Assembly: GCF_006345805.1 (NCBI RefSeq)
Contig: NW_021834929.1
Location: 1 to 44,408 of the forward strand
DNA: 44,408 nt
Origin: Octopus sinensis
Lineage: Eukaryota
Direction of reading: 5' to 3'
Position numbers and translations under genes: made by a program. The notes beneath the pieces are model-generated. The model had not been told where the DNA came from. It worked only from the letters and a program-made list of their open reading frames with translations, and did no database searches. Below are positions 25,247 through 38,489 of the stretch, piece after piece. The stretch's first letter is position 1; each line of letters starts with the position of its first letter.

Positions 25247-25848
25247 CGTACGTATGTGAGTTTGCGTATCCGTGTAGGTATCCTTTCATATCAAAAGATC
25301 TTTGATATCATTACTCATTTAGTATATAAGTGTAGATATACTGACGATAAATCATGACGGATTTTCGGCCTTCATCTATAAGACTTTGGTAGCACCGTTT
25401 CTTTTCTTGCAATATACGAACACATAATCATATTCATATATGATAAGTATTCTTCTACTCAATAATATGCAATATCCTGTGATGTGTAGCTTTTCAAATC
25501 GCAAAAGTTCTTATCGTTACCTACGCAGAAATTTCTACAATTTTCTCTCTTCTTTTCTTTAAATGGCAAACCTAAAATGATATTCTAGTTAATGACATGT
25601 TCCATTTCAAAAGATCTTTCTCTCTCTTTCTCTTGTTTTTTTTTTTTTATATACATAGTATTGAGATAATTTTCCTCTTTATTCAAAAGAAACGAATCCT
25701 CCTAAAATGCAACCAAGTAAACTAAAGGGCTTACATTTTGGTTGAATCTTTATTTCGGTATTACTTTATAAAATTCAAAATTTATTTATTCATGTGGCAC
25801 GCTTTTTTTTATTGCAGATTTATCTCTCATCATTAAATTGTCGAATTT

Positions 25849-25950
25849 TTATTATTATTATTATTATTGTTGCTCATGTTGTTGTTGTTGGTGGTGGTGG
25901 TGGTGGTGGGGTGGTAACGTTGTTGTTGTTTTGTTGTTGTTCTTGTTGCT
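25849..25950. repeat. Compound trinucleotide array (TAT)(TGT)(GGT)(TGT)
   Basis: Direct. Confidence 0.9.
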
Positions 25951-27064
25951 GGCAGTGACGTTGTTTTGTTATAGAATGCCTTTTTCTTGTTTCTTTGGAT
26001 GTAAACTTGTCTGTCAATGTAACAATTTCAACCTTTTTTTCGCTCAGAAACAAACACATACACACGTGCACATACACACACAAACAAGCATTCACATTCT
26101 CTCCGGTTACAGACATAAACACTCGCACGTAAAGAAATACATATATATATATGTTTGTGCGTGTGTGTGTGTGTGTGTGCGTAGGTGTGTGTACCTATAA
26201 CGATATTTGTGCTATGTGAAAAGTGCACGCGTACAAACATCGATAAGGAGATAACACTCCTATGCATATATGTATATATATAGATATATATACACACACA
26301 CATATACACACACATACATACACACACATACATATATATACACACATATATACACATGCACACATATATACACACACACATACACACACACACACACACA
26401 CACCTATACATATATATATATATATATATATATGCATATATATATATTTATATATAACCTCAATCTTTGTGTACTTCGATCAGTATATTCAATAACAAAT
26501 ATGTTTTGCTTCAGATATTCCGTATAGAAATATCCATATCTGCGGTGCAAGGTCACCAGATATTTTGTGCAATATATACCATAGTATTTCTTTGATATTT
26601 ATTTTATTGATACCAAAACCGGATTCTTAGAGGTGCTATTACAATACATACATAATAAAACCTAACTAAATGCTGCGAACTATAATTGTCCAATTCTCTC
26701 CAAATCGTACTGAATTCACCGCTTTATCCTTTTCACAGTAGCAGCCGTACGGATTCATGTTTTACTATCGTTGCCTAAATCAATAATAATTTCGTATATA
26801 ACCCCATTCATAGTAAAATGTTTTTCAGATGTCACCTATATTGTGTCTTCCCTCACATTAGGTCGTTCAGTAAACATTGCATCGGTTCTTCTTTCTTATA
26901 GTATGGGATCATTGGAATAAACTCCATGCACATGTGTCTCCTAGGGCCTTGTATTTGCTACAGTTATCGATTACTGAGTAATTTATCGGCATCAATTTCT
27001 CAAAATTCACAGAATCTCAGATGTCTGGCCACACATGATGCAATCGGATCATTTAGAGTAAGCT

Positions 27065-27744
27065 AATAATCTTTTCTACTTATAGACTCAAATGGAGGTG
27101 CGTGGCTTAGTGGTTAGGGTGTCAGCACCATAATCGTAAGATTGTGGTTTCGATTCTTGGACCGGGCGACGCGTTGTGTTCCTGAGCAAAAAACTTCATT
27201 TCACGTTGCTTCAGTCCACTCAGCTGGCAAAAATTAGTAACACTGCGATGGACTGGCGTCCCGTCCAGCTGGGGAACACATACGCCATAGAAACCGGGAA
27301 ACGGGGCCCATCAGCCTGGTTAGGCTTTAAAAGGGTGCATTTATTATTTTTTTTTAATATAGACACAAGGCTTGAGATTTTATAGAAGGGAAAAGTCTAT
27401 TAGATCAACTCCAGTGTTTCACTGGTACTTAATTTATCGACCGCGAATGAATGAAAGGCAAAGACGACCTCAGCGGAATATGAACTCAGTACGTAAATAC
27501 GGACGAAATACCTATTTCTTTACTACACACATTTGGCTAAACATAGAGGGGACGAACAAGGACAGACAAACGGATTAAGTCGATTATATCGACCCCAGTG
27601 CGTAACTGTTCCTTATTTAATCGACCCCGAAACGATGAAAGGCGAAGTCGACCTCGGCGGAATTTGAACTCAGATCGTAGCGGCAGACGAAATACTGCTA
27701 AGCATTTCGCCCGGCGTGCCAACGATTCTGCCGTTCGCCGCCTT
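27065..27744 (-). mobile_element. Dimeric family A SINE whose tail is split by a family B SINE
   Basis: Monomer 1 runs 27744->~27511 and monomer 2 ~27510->27358. The remaining tail piece AATCTTTTCTACTTATAGACTCAA lies at ~27068-27091. Confidence 0.88.
27094..27357 (+). mobile_element. Family B tRNA/CORE-like SINE with 11-bp TSD
   Basis: GGAGGTGCGTGGCTTAGTGGTTAGG...GGTTTCGATTC head. TSD TATAGACTCAA (27081-27091) / TATAGACACAA (27358-27368). Confidence 0.9.
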
Positions 27745-27965
27745 ATGTGTGCGTGCGTCTTTGTGTTTGAGTTTTCCCTTTGTCACTCCCAGCGCTTGAC
27801 AACCAGTGTTGGTGTTACTTAGAGGCTTGGCGAAAGAGACTGAAAGGATAAGCGCCTGGCTTAGCAAAAATAATCACTAGCATCGATACATTCAACTAAA
27901 AACTTTTCCTAGAGGTGAACTAGTATTGGCGCAGTCTGAAGATTAAAACAAGTGAACGATAAGAG
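27745..27965 (+). mobile_element. 3' half of a family C SINE, diverged
   Basis: GCTTGACAACCAGTGTTGGTGTT...AAAGAGAC..AGGATAAG aligns to 24895-25060. Confidence 0.75.
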
Positions 27966-28727
27966 ATATCTGAATTCACGGTGATAATGATATAAATGCG
28001 GTGATTGTCCAAAGTATCTCAAAATCATAAAGTCACTGTTAGATGCAATTTCTCTATTTTGTTTCTTTAAAATAGACTTAAATTTGCCAAGGATCTCTGT
28101 TATTTCATTTATTACTAAACAATGCCCTTAAATGCCTAAGAAATGACAAATCAGATTAATGCTATTTCTAAGCAAAAAGACTTTGCATGATTACATAAAA
28201 ATATTCGCACATACCCAAACGATTACAAACTGAGAGATACATTAAACTCTCTCTCTATCACGCTCGCTTTCTGAACTCTGTCGCTCGCTTTCTCTCTCTG
28301 ACATGCACACACGCTCGTATACCCACACTCTTACGAATGAACATATACAGATGCAAGTATGTATACATTCATATACGTTTTTTTTTATCCAATGCGAGCA
28401 ACAACTAAAAGAACATTACAAAATCCCCAGAAGGATCAAACACATACAAATATTCATATATTCATTCATATATATAAAGCCGAACGTTTAAAAATTTAAA
28501 AATGTATAATTAAATAAATATATCATATAAAAATATAAATTTTGCATATAGCACCTTGAATTTACGCTTAAAACATTTAGTATAAATTTGTTACAATAAA
28601 AGAAATAAAAATAATAATAAATAAAAAATAAGGCATACAATGACATATTAAAAGACGAATTAAAATTCTAGAGAAATGTACATAGAAGATATTAATTATA
28701 CAAGTTTACAAATATACATAGAAGTCT

Positions 28728-28807
28728 ATCTACGGGCCGTTTTGGAGACGTGCCAATTAATATGAGACATATCATATATTTAAAATTGGCACTCCCCTCG
28801 TCAGGAT
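28728..28807 (-). ncRNA. Type I hammerhead ribozyme motif of the Penelope-like element (G12->A, probably inactive)
   Basis: Minus strand: ATC-CTGACGA-GGGGAGTGCCAATT-(loop)-AATTGGCACGTCTCC-AAAAC-GGCCC-GTA-GAT. Stem I ATC/GAT, 14-bp stem II with one bulge, near-palindromic stem III ACGGCCCGT. Confidence 0.8.
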
Positions 28808-29192
28808 GTCCTATACACACAACACATAGTATACGGGAACAAATGCACAATTACATACCGGCTATATTCAGAAACAAGACAATACGTACTCCCAGAAATT
28901 CTCATCGATCCTGAATGCTACTTTATACGCATATAATTCGATCCAGCAGCCATAGTAAATGGCATGCACACAGCGCCATCTGGACAATTTCACTTCTGTA
29001 CGTATTTTATTTCAATTTCAATCTTATAAATTCTCACATACATGCAAAGCCACATATTCGAGTTCAAGTCCTTGACACATTTCATACTAATAGCTATTTT
29101 TTCTTTTAATAATTACATTACGATACTTTAGCTTTATATCATTTACTACTTACTATATTTACTAAATTTAATTCAAATGTAATTGCTTAGCT

Positions 29193-30158
29193 CTAACTTT
29201 TATTGCTATTTCTATTTCTAAATTTCTTATGGAACGTCGAGTGGATCTTATGCGTACACGCTGGTATTGCATCAGTGAATTTATTTGAAATAGCGTTGTA
29301 ATTTTTCAATATAGTATATGCTTTCCTTAAGCACAAACCGCATCTAGTGGACCCAATTCTATAAGCCCATGCTATTTTAAATTCAACATTCCTTTCCTTA
29401 AGGTCATTAACATGTAATACCAATGTTGTGGAGGTCCTATATTTAGGATTGTTGAAAGTGCTCAGGTGGGATAGATACCTCTGCTTAAAGTCTACTATGC
29501 TTCCAAAATATATTTTTCTCTGGCCTCCTTGAGCCTCAACACTACATTTATAAACTACATTTTCCTGGCGACAATTTCTACTAATCGGACATTCTGATGG
29601 GTCTCTACAATTACATTTCTTCAACCTGTTACGGGGTCTCGTATTTCTGGTCACTCCGAAACCATGCCCCCTCCCAGTACTATGATCCACCATATTATTT
29701 ACACCATCGTTCGTACTATTTTCCGGTATATTTATTCTATTATTATTCTTACTATTACCATCATTATTATTTTTATTTTTACTAATATTTTTATTACCAT
29801 TATCACTACTATTAACACTATTATAACCACCCTGATAATCATTATAATCACTAATATCATCACCAACATCATTATTATGAGTATCTCAACTACTATTTGC
29901 ATTATTTGTCACTCCAACACGCGCTTAATAATTGATTTCAGAAGACGTACTATAATTATTACTACTATCTTCTATGTTGTTAATGAATTTTCCATTAAAG
30001 CTTCTGTCATTATTTCTATCATTATAGTGCCTTATTTTACTTCTGTTCAACGAAGCAATAATAGATCCGACATTGGGAGTGACTGAGTAGGCCAACTTGA
30101 TTGTTGACTTGTTACATATTGAATAGTATTTATGGTGTTTTGGGAAATTTTCCTTCAA
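29193..30158 (-). pseudogene. Penelope-like ORF C-terminus: RT-thumb end, Asn-rich linker, Cys cluster and GIY-YIG endonuclease
   Basis: The 29925-30158 and 29193-29693 ORFs are one frame with two stops (TAA 29927-29925, TGA 29888-29886). Motifs FPKHHKYYSICNKSTIKLAYSVTPNVGSII, CNCRDPSECPISRNC, VVY...IYFG...FKQRYLSH and RCGLC are typical of Neptune-type PLEs. Confidence 0.9.
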
Positions 30159-30344
30159 TAACTTAAAAAATAGCTTTGGTAAACCTTATATATATATATA
30201 CATTCATATATAAACCGAACTATATTCATATAACCATAGAAGCTGGGATACACCAGCATGTATATATGTGTTTGTATGTGATTATTCACTCAAACTCACA
30301 CATCTCACCCTCCATTTATATATATATATATATATATATATACA

Positions 30345-30538
30345 GACAGGCAGAAACAAGGAAAAGGCCACTTGTATTTGAAATATTCAAATATTGTTTA
30401 AAAAAAAACTTTTCTTTAATTTTCCCAAATTTAATTGTATTCCAAACTTTCAGTTGAAAAAGTCTCAATGACTGAAACCGATACTAAATGTGTTTTATAA
30501 AATCATTTAGCATTTTCTATCTCGACTTTGTTCATAAT
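30345..30538 (+). mobile_element. Short (TA)n-flanked element with a decayed hammerhead-like motif (30449-30488)
   Basis: TTCAG-TTGAAAA-AGTC-tcaat-GACT-GAAAC-CG-ATA-CTAAA. Hammerhead geometry with intact stem II but three core deviations. (TA)n on both sides. Confidence 0.5.
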
Positions 30539-30571
30539 ATATATATATATTATATATATATATATTATATA

Positions 30572-30604
<33 letters not shown>

Positions 30605-31487
30605 ATATGTATGCGTGTGTATGCATGCGTGTGTGTATATTGCACATATGTATGTTTGTATATGTCTGTTTGTGTGTTTGACTTAAATGGCTGAAATTGA
30701 TACAGGATTAACAGAGTGTCGCATAGATTCTTGACATATCACTTATCCACTTTGATAGGAAACGTGTCATGAAAATATATGGATCTGAGTAGTTCCTGTA
30801 ACAATCACAGCTTATAGATATATAACAGAACTCGTTTTAACGTATGCCGTTCGTCTTCTATTTACAATCACAACGATCATACTTACACACGTATACATGT
30901 GCACACATACGCGCATACTCAAACACTCACACACACACACACATACATGTGTGTACGTGTGTACGCATCTCTGTGCTTATCTATGTATTTACATTTCAAT
31001 GTAGATTAGTAAAAACGCTATGTTATTTTTTTTTCTATTTGTTATATAAAGGAACTTCTTGAAAGACAGCACGAATGTTCTTGAAAGATAGAGAAATAAT
31101 GTAATTAACGGTCTAAACTGAGTCTATTAATAAACAGCATTACTTATTCTCTAAGAAAGATAGTTTTCCATAGAATATACTGAGTGTAAAATGTAGCCGT
31201 AGATTCAATTTAGCTATAGTTTTTTTTTTGCAATCTCGCACAATAAAAGCTAAATATTATTCGCAAAAAAAGAAAAGAAATAAGACGATAAATATGAAAA
31301 TATTGTTTTGTATTGCTTTCTCTCCTCTCGTTCCCACTCAAGCTCTCAAACACATTCACACATAGAAACACTAACAAGACACACATATAGATACATACAC
31401 AAACGAAGCATTGTCGTACGTAACTGTTTATGCTTATATACGTTGATTTCCCACTCAACCTCTGTCTATACGTGTGCACATATGATT

Positions 31488-31519
31488 TCATATATATATA
31501 TATATACAGATACCTTTGC

Positions 31520-31550
<31 letters not shown>

Positions 31551-32454
31551 CATACATATATATATACATATATACATATATATATACATACATACATATA
31601 TATATATACATATATATACCATACATACATAATATATATATACATATATACATATATATATACATACATACATATATAACATATATATATAATACATACA
31701 TATATATACATATATATACATTACATACATATATATAATATATATACATATAATACATACATATATATACATATATATATCATATATATATATATATACA
31801 TAATATATATATATATATACATTATATATATACATATAATATATATATACATATACATACATATATATATTACATATATATACATATACATACATATATA
31901 TATATATATACATATATATACATACATACATATATATATACATATATTATATACATATATATACATACATATATATATAATACATACATATATATATACT
32001 ACATATATATATATATACATACATATATATACATACTATATATATATATACATATATATATTCATATATATACATACATACATATATACATACATAATAT
32101 ACATACATATACATACATATATACATATATATACATACATATATACATATATATACATACATATATATACATACTATATACATATATATACATCATACGT
32201 ATATACACATACATACATATATAATATACATACAACATATATACATATATATACATACATACATATATATATACATACATACATATATACATACGTATAT
32301 ACACATACATACATATATATATACATACATATATATATACATACATATATATACATATATATACATACATATATATACATATACATATATATAACATATA
32401 TATATATACATATATATATATACATATATATATATACATATATATATATACATA

Positions 32455-32489
<35 letters not shown>

Positions 32490-33136
32490 TATACATATAT
32501 ATATATACATATATATATACATACATATATATATATACATATATATATATACATTATATATACATACATACTATATATACATACATATATATCATACATA
32601 TATATACATACATATATATACATATATATTATATACATACATACATATATAATACATACATACATATATACATACATAATATATATACATACATATTATA
32701 TACATACATATATATTATACATGCATATATATATATACATGCATATATATATATACATACATATATATATATATACATGCATATATATATATACATATAT
32801 TATATACATACATACATATATATAATACATATATATATATACATATAATACATACATACATATATATATTACATACATACATATATACTATATATACATA
32901 CATATATAATATATACATACATACATACATACATATATACACATACATACATATATACACATACATACATATATATTACATACATACGTATATACACATA
33001 CATACATATATACACATACATACATATATATATATACATACATACTATATACACATACTACATATATATATACATACATACATATATATACATATATATA
33101 CTACATACATATATATATATATACATATATATATAT

Positions 33137-33179
<43 letters not shown>

Positions 33180-33243
33180 ATATATATATATATAACATAT
33201 ATATACATATACATACTATATATATATATACATACATATATGT
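31488..33243. repeat. ~1.75-kb degenerate (TA)/(TACA)/(TATACA) microsatellite array
   Basis: Direct. Source of the many MYIY-type spurious ORFs. Confidence 0.97.
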
Positions 33244-34114
33244 ATATGAAGACACGAAAGACATAGATGAGTGTACGCACGTTGAAACACACACAAATGC
33301 ATATATATGCATTATATATATTTACATATATCTTTATGAAGACACACACACACACAGCCGCCCATGAACACAGACAGACACACACGTGTACACACACACA
33401 CAAAAAAAAAACACACGCACATATTCAGTTATATGCTTATTTGTGTGACTGTCTCTGTATATGTCTCCTTGCGTCCGTGTATCCTTTTAATGTCTCTTTA
33501 TTTTGTTGTGCTTCATATTATTTTCGTTAAAAATATAGTCTCTCATCTCGTTGTGATTGATGGAGAATATAATTACTTCTGGAAGTCTCTTCCATCGGGA
33601 CTAAATACATTAATCATTTCCTTATTTTGACTGTTAAGAATGTAATGCCTCAGAGTTTTCCTTTCCTACTATTTTGCGATGTTACATGTATTCAAGCTGA
33701 AAATTTCTTCTGTGCCTGAGGACGCTGATATAAAATCTATTGTACTCAGACTTGCTACCAACGTAATTTATCTTGACGCCATCGGTCTAACGAGAAAGCA
33801 ACTTTGTGGTCGCTTAAACTACTAAAAAAAAAAACTCCAACCAAATATCAGTCTACTAGCGGGAATAAACATAAGGGTCTCTTACAGACCAATAAACGTA
33901 TTTGGGGGAGGCAATCCAAAGGGAAAACCATGACAATTTGAAAATACCTGATAAAATACATTGTTCGTATTGAAAATTGCAATGATACCAACAGCATTCT
34001 TTAATTTTCCCATACTTAGTAGCGTAATCCAACGTGCTCGAACACACACAAACACATATAAATGTGTACAAATATATAATGTATACGCGCATAAGCGCAT
34101 ACGCATATATATCT

Positions 34115-34698
34115 GAGACTCCCTTCGGTCATGACTGATCATGGGTTTGCACCTAGAATGTTACCCTCCCAAGCACAAGTCCGGGCAAGGTGGTTTATGG
34201 TGGTTTAAGGCGGCGAGCTGGCAGAATCGGTAGCACGCTGGGCGAAATGCTGTGCGGTATTTCGTCTGCCGCTACGTTCTGAGTTCAAATTCCGCCGAGG
34301 TCGACTTTGCCTTTCATCCTTTCGGGGTCGATTAAACAAGTACCAGTTACGCACTGGGGTCGAATTATCGACTTAACTCGTTTGTCTGTCCTTGTTTGTC
34401 TTCTCTGTGTTTAGCCCCTTGTGGGTAGTAAAGAAATAGGTTTACAGAAGACCAGCAGTCGCCCATGCATACAGGCATCCCCATATCCACGCCACTGATG
34501 TTATCTAAGGGAAAGGCAAAGGCCGATACAGCTTGGCACCTGTGACGTCGCAACTCATTTCTACGGTTGAGTGAACTGGAACAACGTGTAATAAAGTGTC
34601 TTGCTCAAGAACACAACACGAAACCCAGTCCGGAATTCCAGCTCACAACCTCACGATCGTAAGCTCGACGTTCTAACCACTGAGCCATACGCCTTCAC
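34115..34698 (-). mobile_element. tRNA/CORE-like SINE (family E) split by a family A SINE
   Basis: Minus head GTGAAGGCGTATGGCTCAGTGGTTAG...TTGAGCAAGACACTTTATTACACGTTGTTCCAGTTCACTC shares the core with family B but has a different 3' tail (...TCTTCTGTAAACC / CCTTGCCCGGACTTGTG...CATGACCGAAGGGAGTCTC). Confidence 0.85.
34207..34440 (+). mobile_element. Family A SINE monomer, well preserved (nested)
   Basis: AAGGCGGCGAGCTGGCAGAATCG...GTAAAGAAATAGG. Short GGTTTA duplication at both junctions. Confidence 0.93.
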
Positions 34699-34857
34699 TG
34701 CCACACACACACACACACAGACACACATATATATATATATATATATATACACAGACATGTACACGCACACACAGACATACACACACACCACACACACAAA
34801 TATATATATATATATAAATTAATTTGAATACGAGAAGATAGAATGAACAGGCTTTAT

Positions 34858-34892
34858 GACTACAATTGTTTCAGCGCTTCATCATCAGGTGT
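34858..34892 (-). ncRNA. Hammerhead-like motif with intact core but collapsed stem II, next to (TA)n
   Basis: Minus strand: ACAC-CTGATGA-tgaagcgct-GAAAC-AATT-GTA-GTC. Palindromic stem III ACAATTGT. Stem I only 2 bp. Confidence 0.55.
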
Positions 34893-36286
34893 TAATTGCT
34901 GAATGTTACATTTATTATACACCACATTATTGTATTAATATGATTCAACAATAACTGTAGACATGCGTGTCTGTAGGTGCGCAATTTCCAAAGCACTAAA
35001 GAGGTTCCATTGCATAATAGCGTCTGGTAGCCAACACCTGAATAGGAACTTTGGAAAGCACCGTATAAGTATATTACATAGTTGATACATATAGCGAAAA
35101 GTAGCACGCAAACGAATGATATATAAGTATATACATACGAATGATTTTTGTGATGAGTTTTGAAAATACTTTTAGGGAAATATGTTTGACTATATATGAA
35201 ATGATCTCTCCCCTGTGTCAGAAAAACCACGTAGTTAATTTTCCCACCAAGTAATACTCTTCTCCATTCCATGAATTTCAATATTTTCCTCTTAGAAAGT
35301 TCAAAACCAGATGGCCTTAGCATTGTGGTCAACGTTTCACGTTTCTCGTCAATAATGTTATAAAGAAGTGATTGATCATAATCCCACGCTTTTCTTTCTG
35401 TACGTTAATAATATTTTTGCTGCTACGAATTTGCCGAAGATATTAGCATTTAATCCGCGTTAAACTTCTCACTCTATGTAACCTAGGTATATCAGCGATA
35501 TAAACGTTGACTTTATCAGTATGGCATTTTTAATATCTATTTTTGAACGGTAAAATATATAACCCATATTCATATATAACACAACCATGTACCCCGCAAC
35601 AAACACACACACATACATACATGCATGTGTGCCTGCATTATATATATATATATATATATATTATATTATATATATATATTATATATATAATATATATATA
35701 GTATATATATATATATATTATTCGTTGTATATACAGCAGCCATGTTTGAATATATGATGAAGTTGTCATATCTGGAATGAGTTTCTTTGCATGCAAGTAT
35801 TGTTCAGGAGGTTTTCCCACTTATTTCCAACAACGGCAAAATTAATACCGCATATGCCATCTGTGTGGTTACATACTTTCGAATTGGCTATCTGCAACAA
35901 TGCACCAAATTAATGCAGTTTCATTCTTTGTTCCGGCTGCTGGAAGCTAGCGACATGTCAGCCCTGCTGAAGTTGATCTGAAGTCAAAAAATTATACTCT
36001 CATCATACTGTATCTGTTAGTTTCTAGTATTCCTCTGACAGCATTATTAAAATTATTCCCCCGTATTAAGAATGAGTAAATGGGTTTTGATATAGAATAA
36101 GTTGCTCTTCCTTACAGGCTGAACAACTATATAGTAACTTCACCAGAGGGGTCAAATTGTACACATTATTTTTTATTGATAATATATCTTTCATTCATAT
36201 ATACATATGGCTTGTGGATCTTTTCGAAAACAACTGGTTTTTTTCCGTTCCTATTAGATATATCAATGATTATTATCTCCCCTCGT

Positions 36287-36450
36287 AGGGCGGTAGACTC
36301 GCAGAGTCTTTAGAGGTTCATACCAAATACCTTCTAAAATTGTTCCTGCTTCTACTTTCGGAGTTCAAATCCCATTTAGGACAACAACGTCATTTTTCTT
36401 TTACCTTTCAGAACCCTAAAATTAGCAACTCAGTCAAATAACACTTTCCA
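36287..36450 (+). mobile_element. Old family A-like SINE
   Basis: AGGGCGGTAGACTCGCAGAGTC...GAGTTCAAATCCC. Confidence 0.55.
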
Positions 36451-38159
36451 TTATTTTCTCACCTATGCTTATATTAGAAACAATTCTTTCGTCTAAGTAA
36501 TTAATGGCGCTGCATGAACAAGTTTTCATTGTGTTGTTTGCTAACGGATAATTGACTCACTCATAGGCTTCTAAGCACTAATAATGATTTTCGTACATTA
36601 CTAAAAAAATCAGATAAGTCGAGAAAAAATATAGTATCTTAAATCTACCGCAACACATGGGTAGTATTTGTTTTAGCGTCATGGTATTGATAAAATTCAT
36701 AGTATTATTGCCTTGAGTTGTTCAAACTCAAAACGCAGAGAAAGGAAACTAAATATTGCATTGCAATTATTGATTGCTTTTTGTGTGTTTGTTTTACATA
36801 ATGAGGATGTCTACCAGCCAACTGCCTTGGCCATATTTTCTCTGCTACACAACTGTGTAGTGTCTTAAAGGAAGATAGTATTAACTGTGATATGCAAATA
36901 ATTTATGTAAAGACAGTAAGAAATATAAGTGTATAGGCATCAGTTGTTACTAAATGTATTCCGGAGATGCTGTTTCATGTACGTACATGGAATAAGAATA
37001 ACATAAGAATTATGTAAAGTTCTTAAGATAATACAAAGATTATTTGGAGTTGGAAATATGCAGCAGAGGGAATAATCGCATTATTTGTTTTACTTTAATC
37101 CCTCTAATCTAACCGGTGTCGATTTAACATTTCATATCCAATGGTTTTGATAAATTAAAAATCAGTTAAATATTGACCTGTATCGTCGTATATTCGGATT
37201 CAAATATTGGCCTTCTGCCTAGCACGGAAAACAATACAACATTCTTAAATACATTTGTTACGTGGAAGCGACACTATGGCATCGACTAAACGTATATTAG
37301 ATTATCTAACTTCGTGTATCTAATCTCAAGTTTCTATTTCAACAAGGTTTTTGTTTTGGTTTTTCTTTGTTTCTTTTCCTTAGTCTTCGATAAAACAAGT
37401 GGCATTTCCATAAAATAAGTGCCAGAATTAATTTCAGTCAAGTAAATCCCCTATTCAACAGCTGCATAACAAAAGAGGTAACAATAGAAGCTTCGTGCCA
37501 AGTCCACAGAAGGAATTGATGCATTACATCAGCACGAAGACAGGCTGTGATTTATCCAGGTAAATAGGAACTGCTAAATTGTACGTTATATGTTCAAAAG
37601 ATAACTAAAAGAAAACTGTAAAAGAAACTAAGTTCTGTTTTCAATATAACTGAAATAAACTTGTCGAAGAAATACTGAGTGACAAGTGAAAAAAAATATA
37701 ATGCTGTGTCTTTTTAAAACGTTTTGTTTTATAATATTTCAAAATGTATATTGATTTTTATTTGTGTAATTCAGCCGGGAGACACCAGACACAGGAAGCC
37801 ATATAGAGAAGGGTGGAAGTAAACTAAAATTGATTATAATTATTTGTATCCATAATAGAAATATCAAAGACGTCCAGAGTTGCCATCGACCGTTCTTAAA
37901 CGTTTCGTTATAACATCTTTAAGATTATAAATGCACTACCATACATACAATCGTGCATACACTTTGCTCACGTAATATAACACACAGTCATTACATTAAC
38001 GAACATACACAGAAACACGCGCACATATGTAATTAGACGAACTCATACATATAAATATATGCATATATATGTGTATATATATATATATGTATTAGTGTAC
38101 AAGTGCGACCACAATAACTCACACGCACTCACTCTCTCTTTCTCTCTCACACGCACAAA

Positions 38160-38299
38160 TACATATATATGTATTATATAAATTTATATACATATCACTT
38201 TACTATATACATAGGTGAATATAATTTATAACTATATATATGCATATATAATATACATGTATAATACATATAACGATACATATACATACATATAAAACC

Positions 38300-38338
<39 letters not shown>

Positions 38339-38453
38339 TCCATTATACATATATATACATATGTATAATATATGAATATACATATATGTATATTTATATA
38401 AATCTAAATATATATTATAATATATATTATATATAATAATAAATATATATATG

Positions 38454-38489
<36 letters not shown>

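Larger units (their letters stand above)
28486..30187 (-). mobile_element. 5'-truncated Penelope-like element (Neptune-type)
   Basis: GIY-YIG ORF end plus a downstream hammerhead motif, bracketed by the imperfect duplication CATTCATATATATAAAGCCGAAC (28463-28485) / CATTCATATATAAACCGAAC (30201-30220). The 5' truncation abuts (TA)n. Confidence 0.85.

Noticed and set aside
29664-30086. 140-aa Ile/Thr-rich membrane-like ORF on +
   Set aside because: Antisense shadow, in the same codon register, of the Asn-rich PLE linker.
34892-35332. 146-aa minus-strand ORF upstream of a hammerhead-like motif
   Set aside because: Non-ATG start, and no GIY-YIG or other recognisable motif. Cannot be supported as coding.
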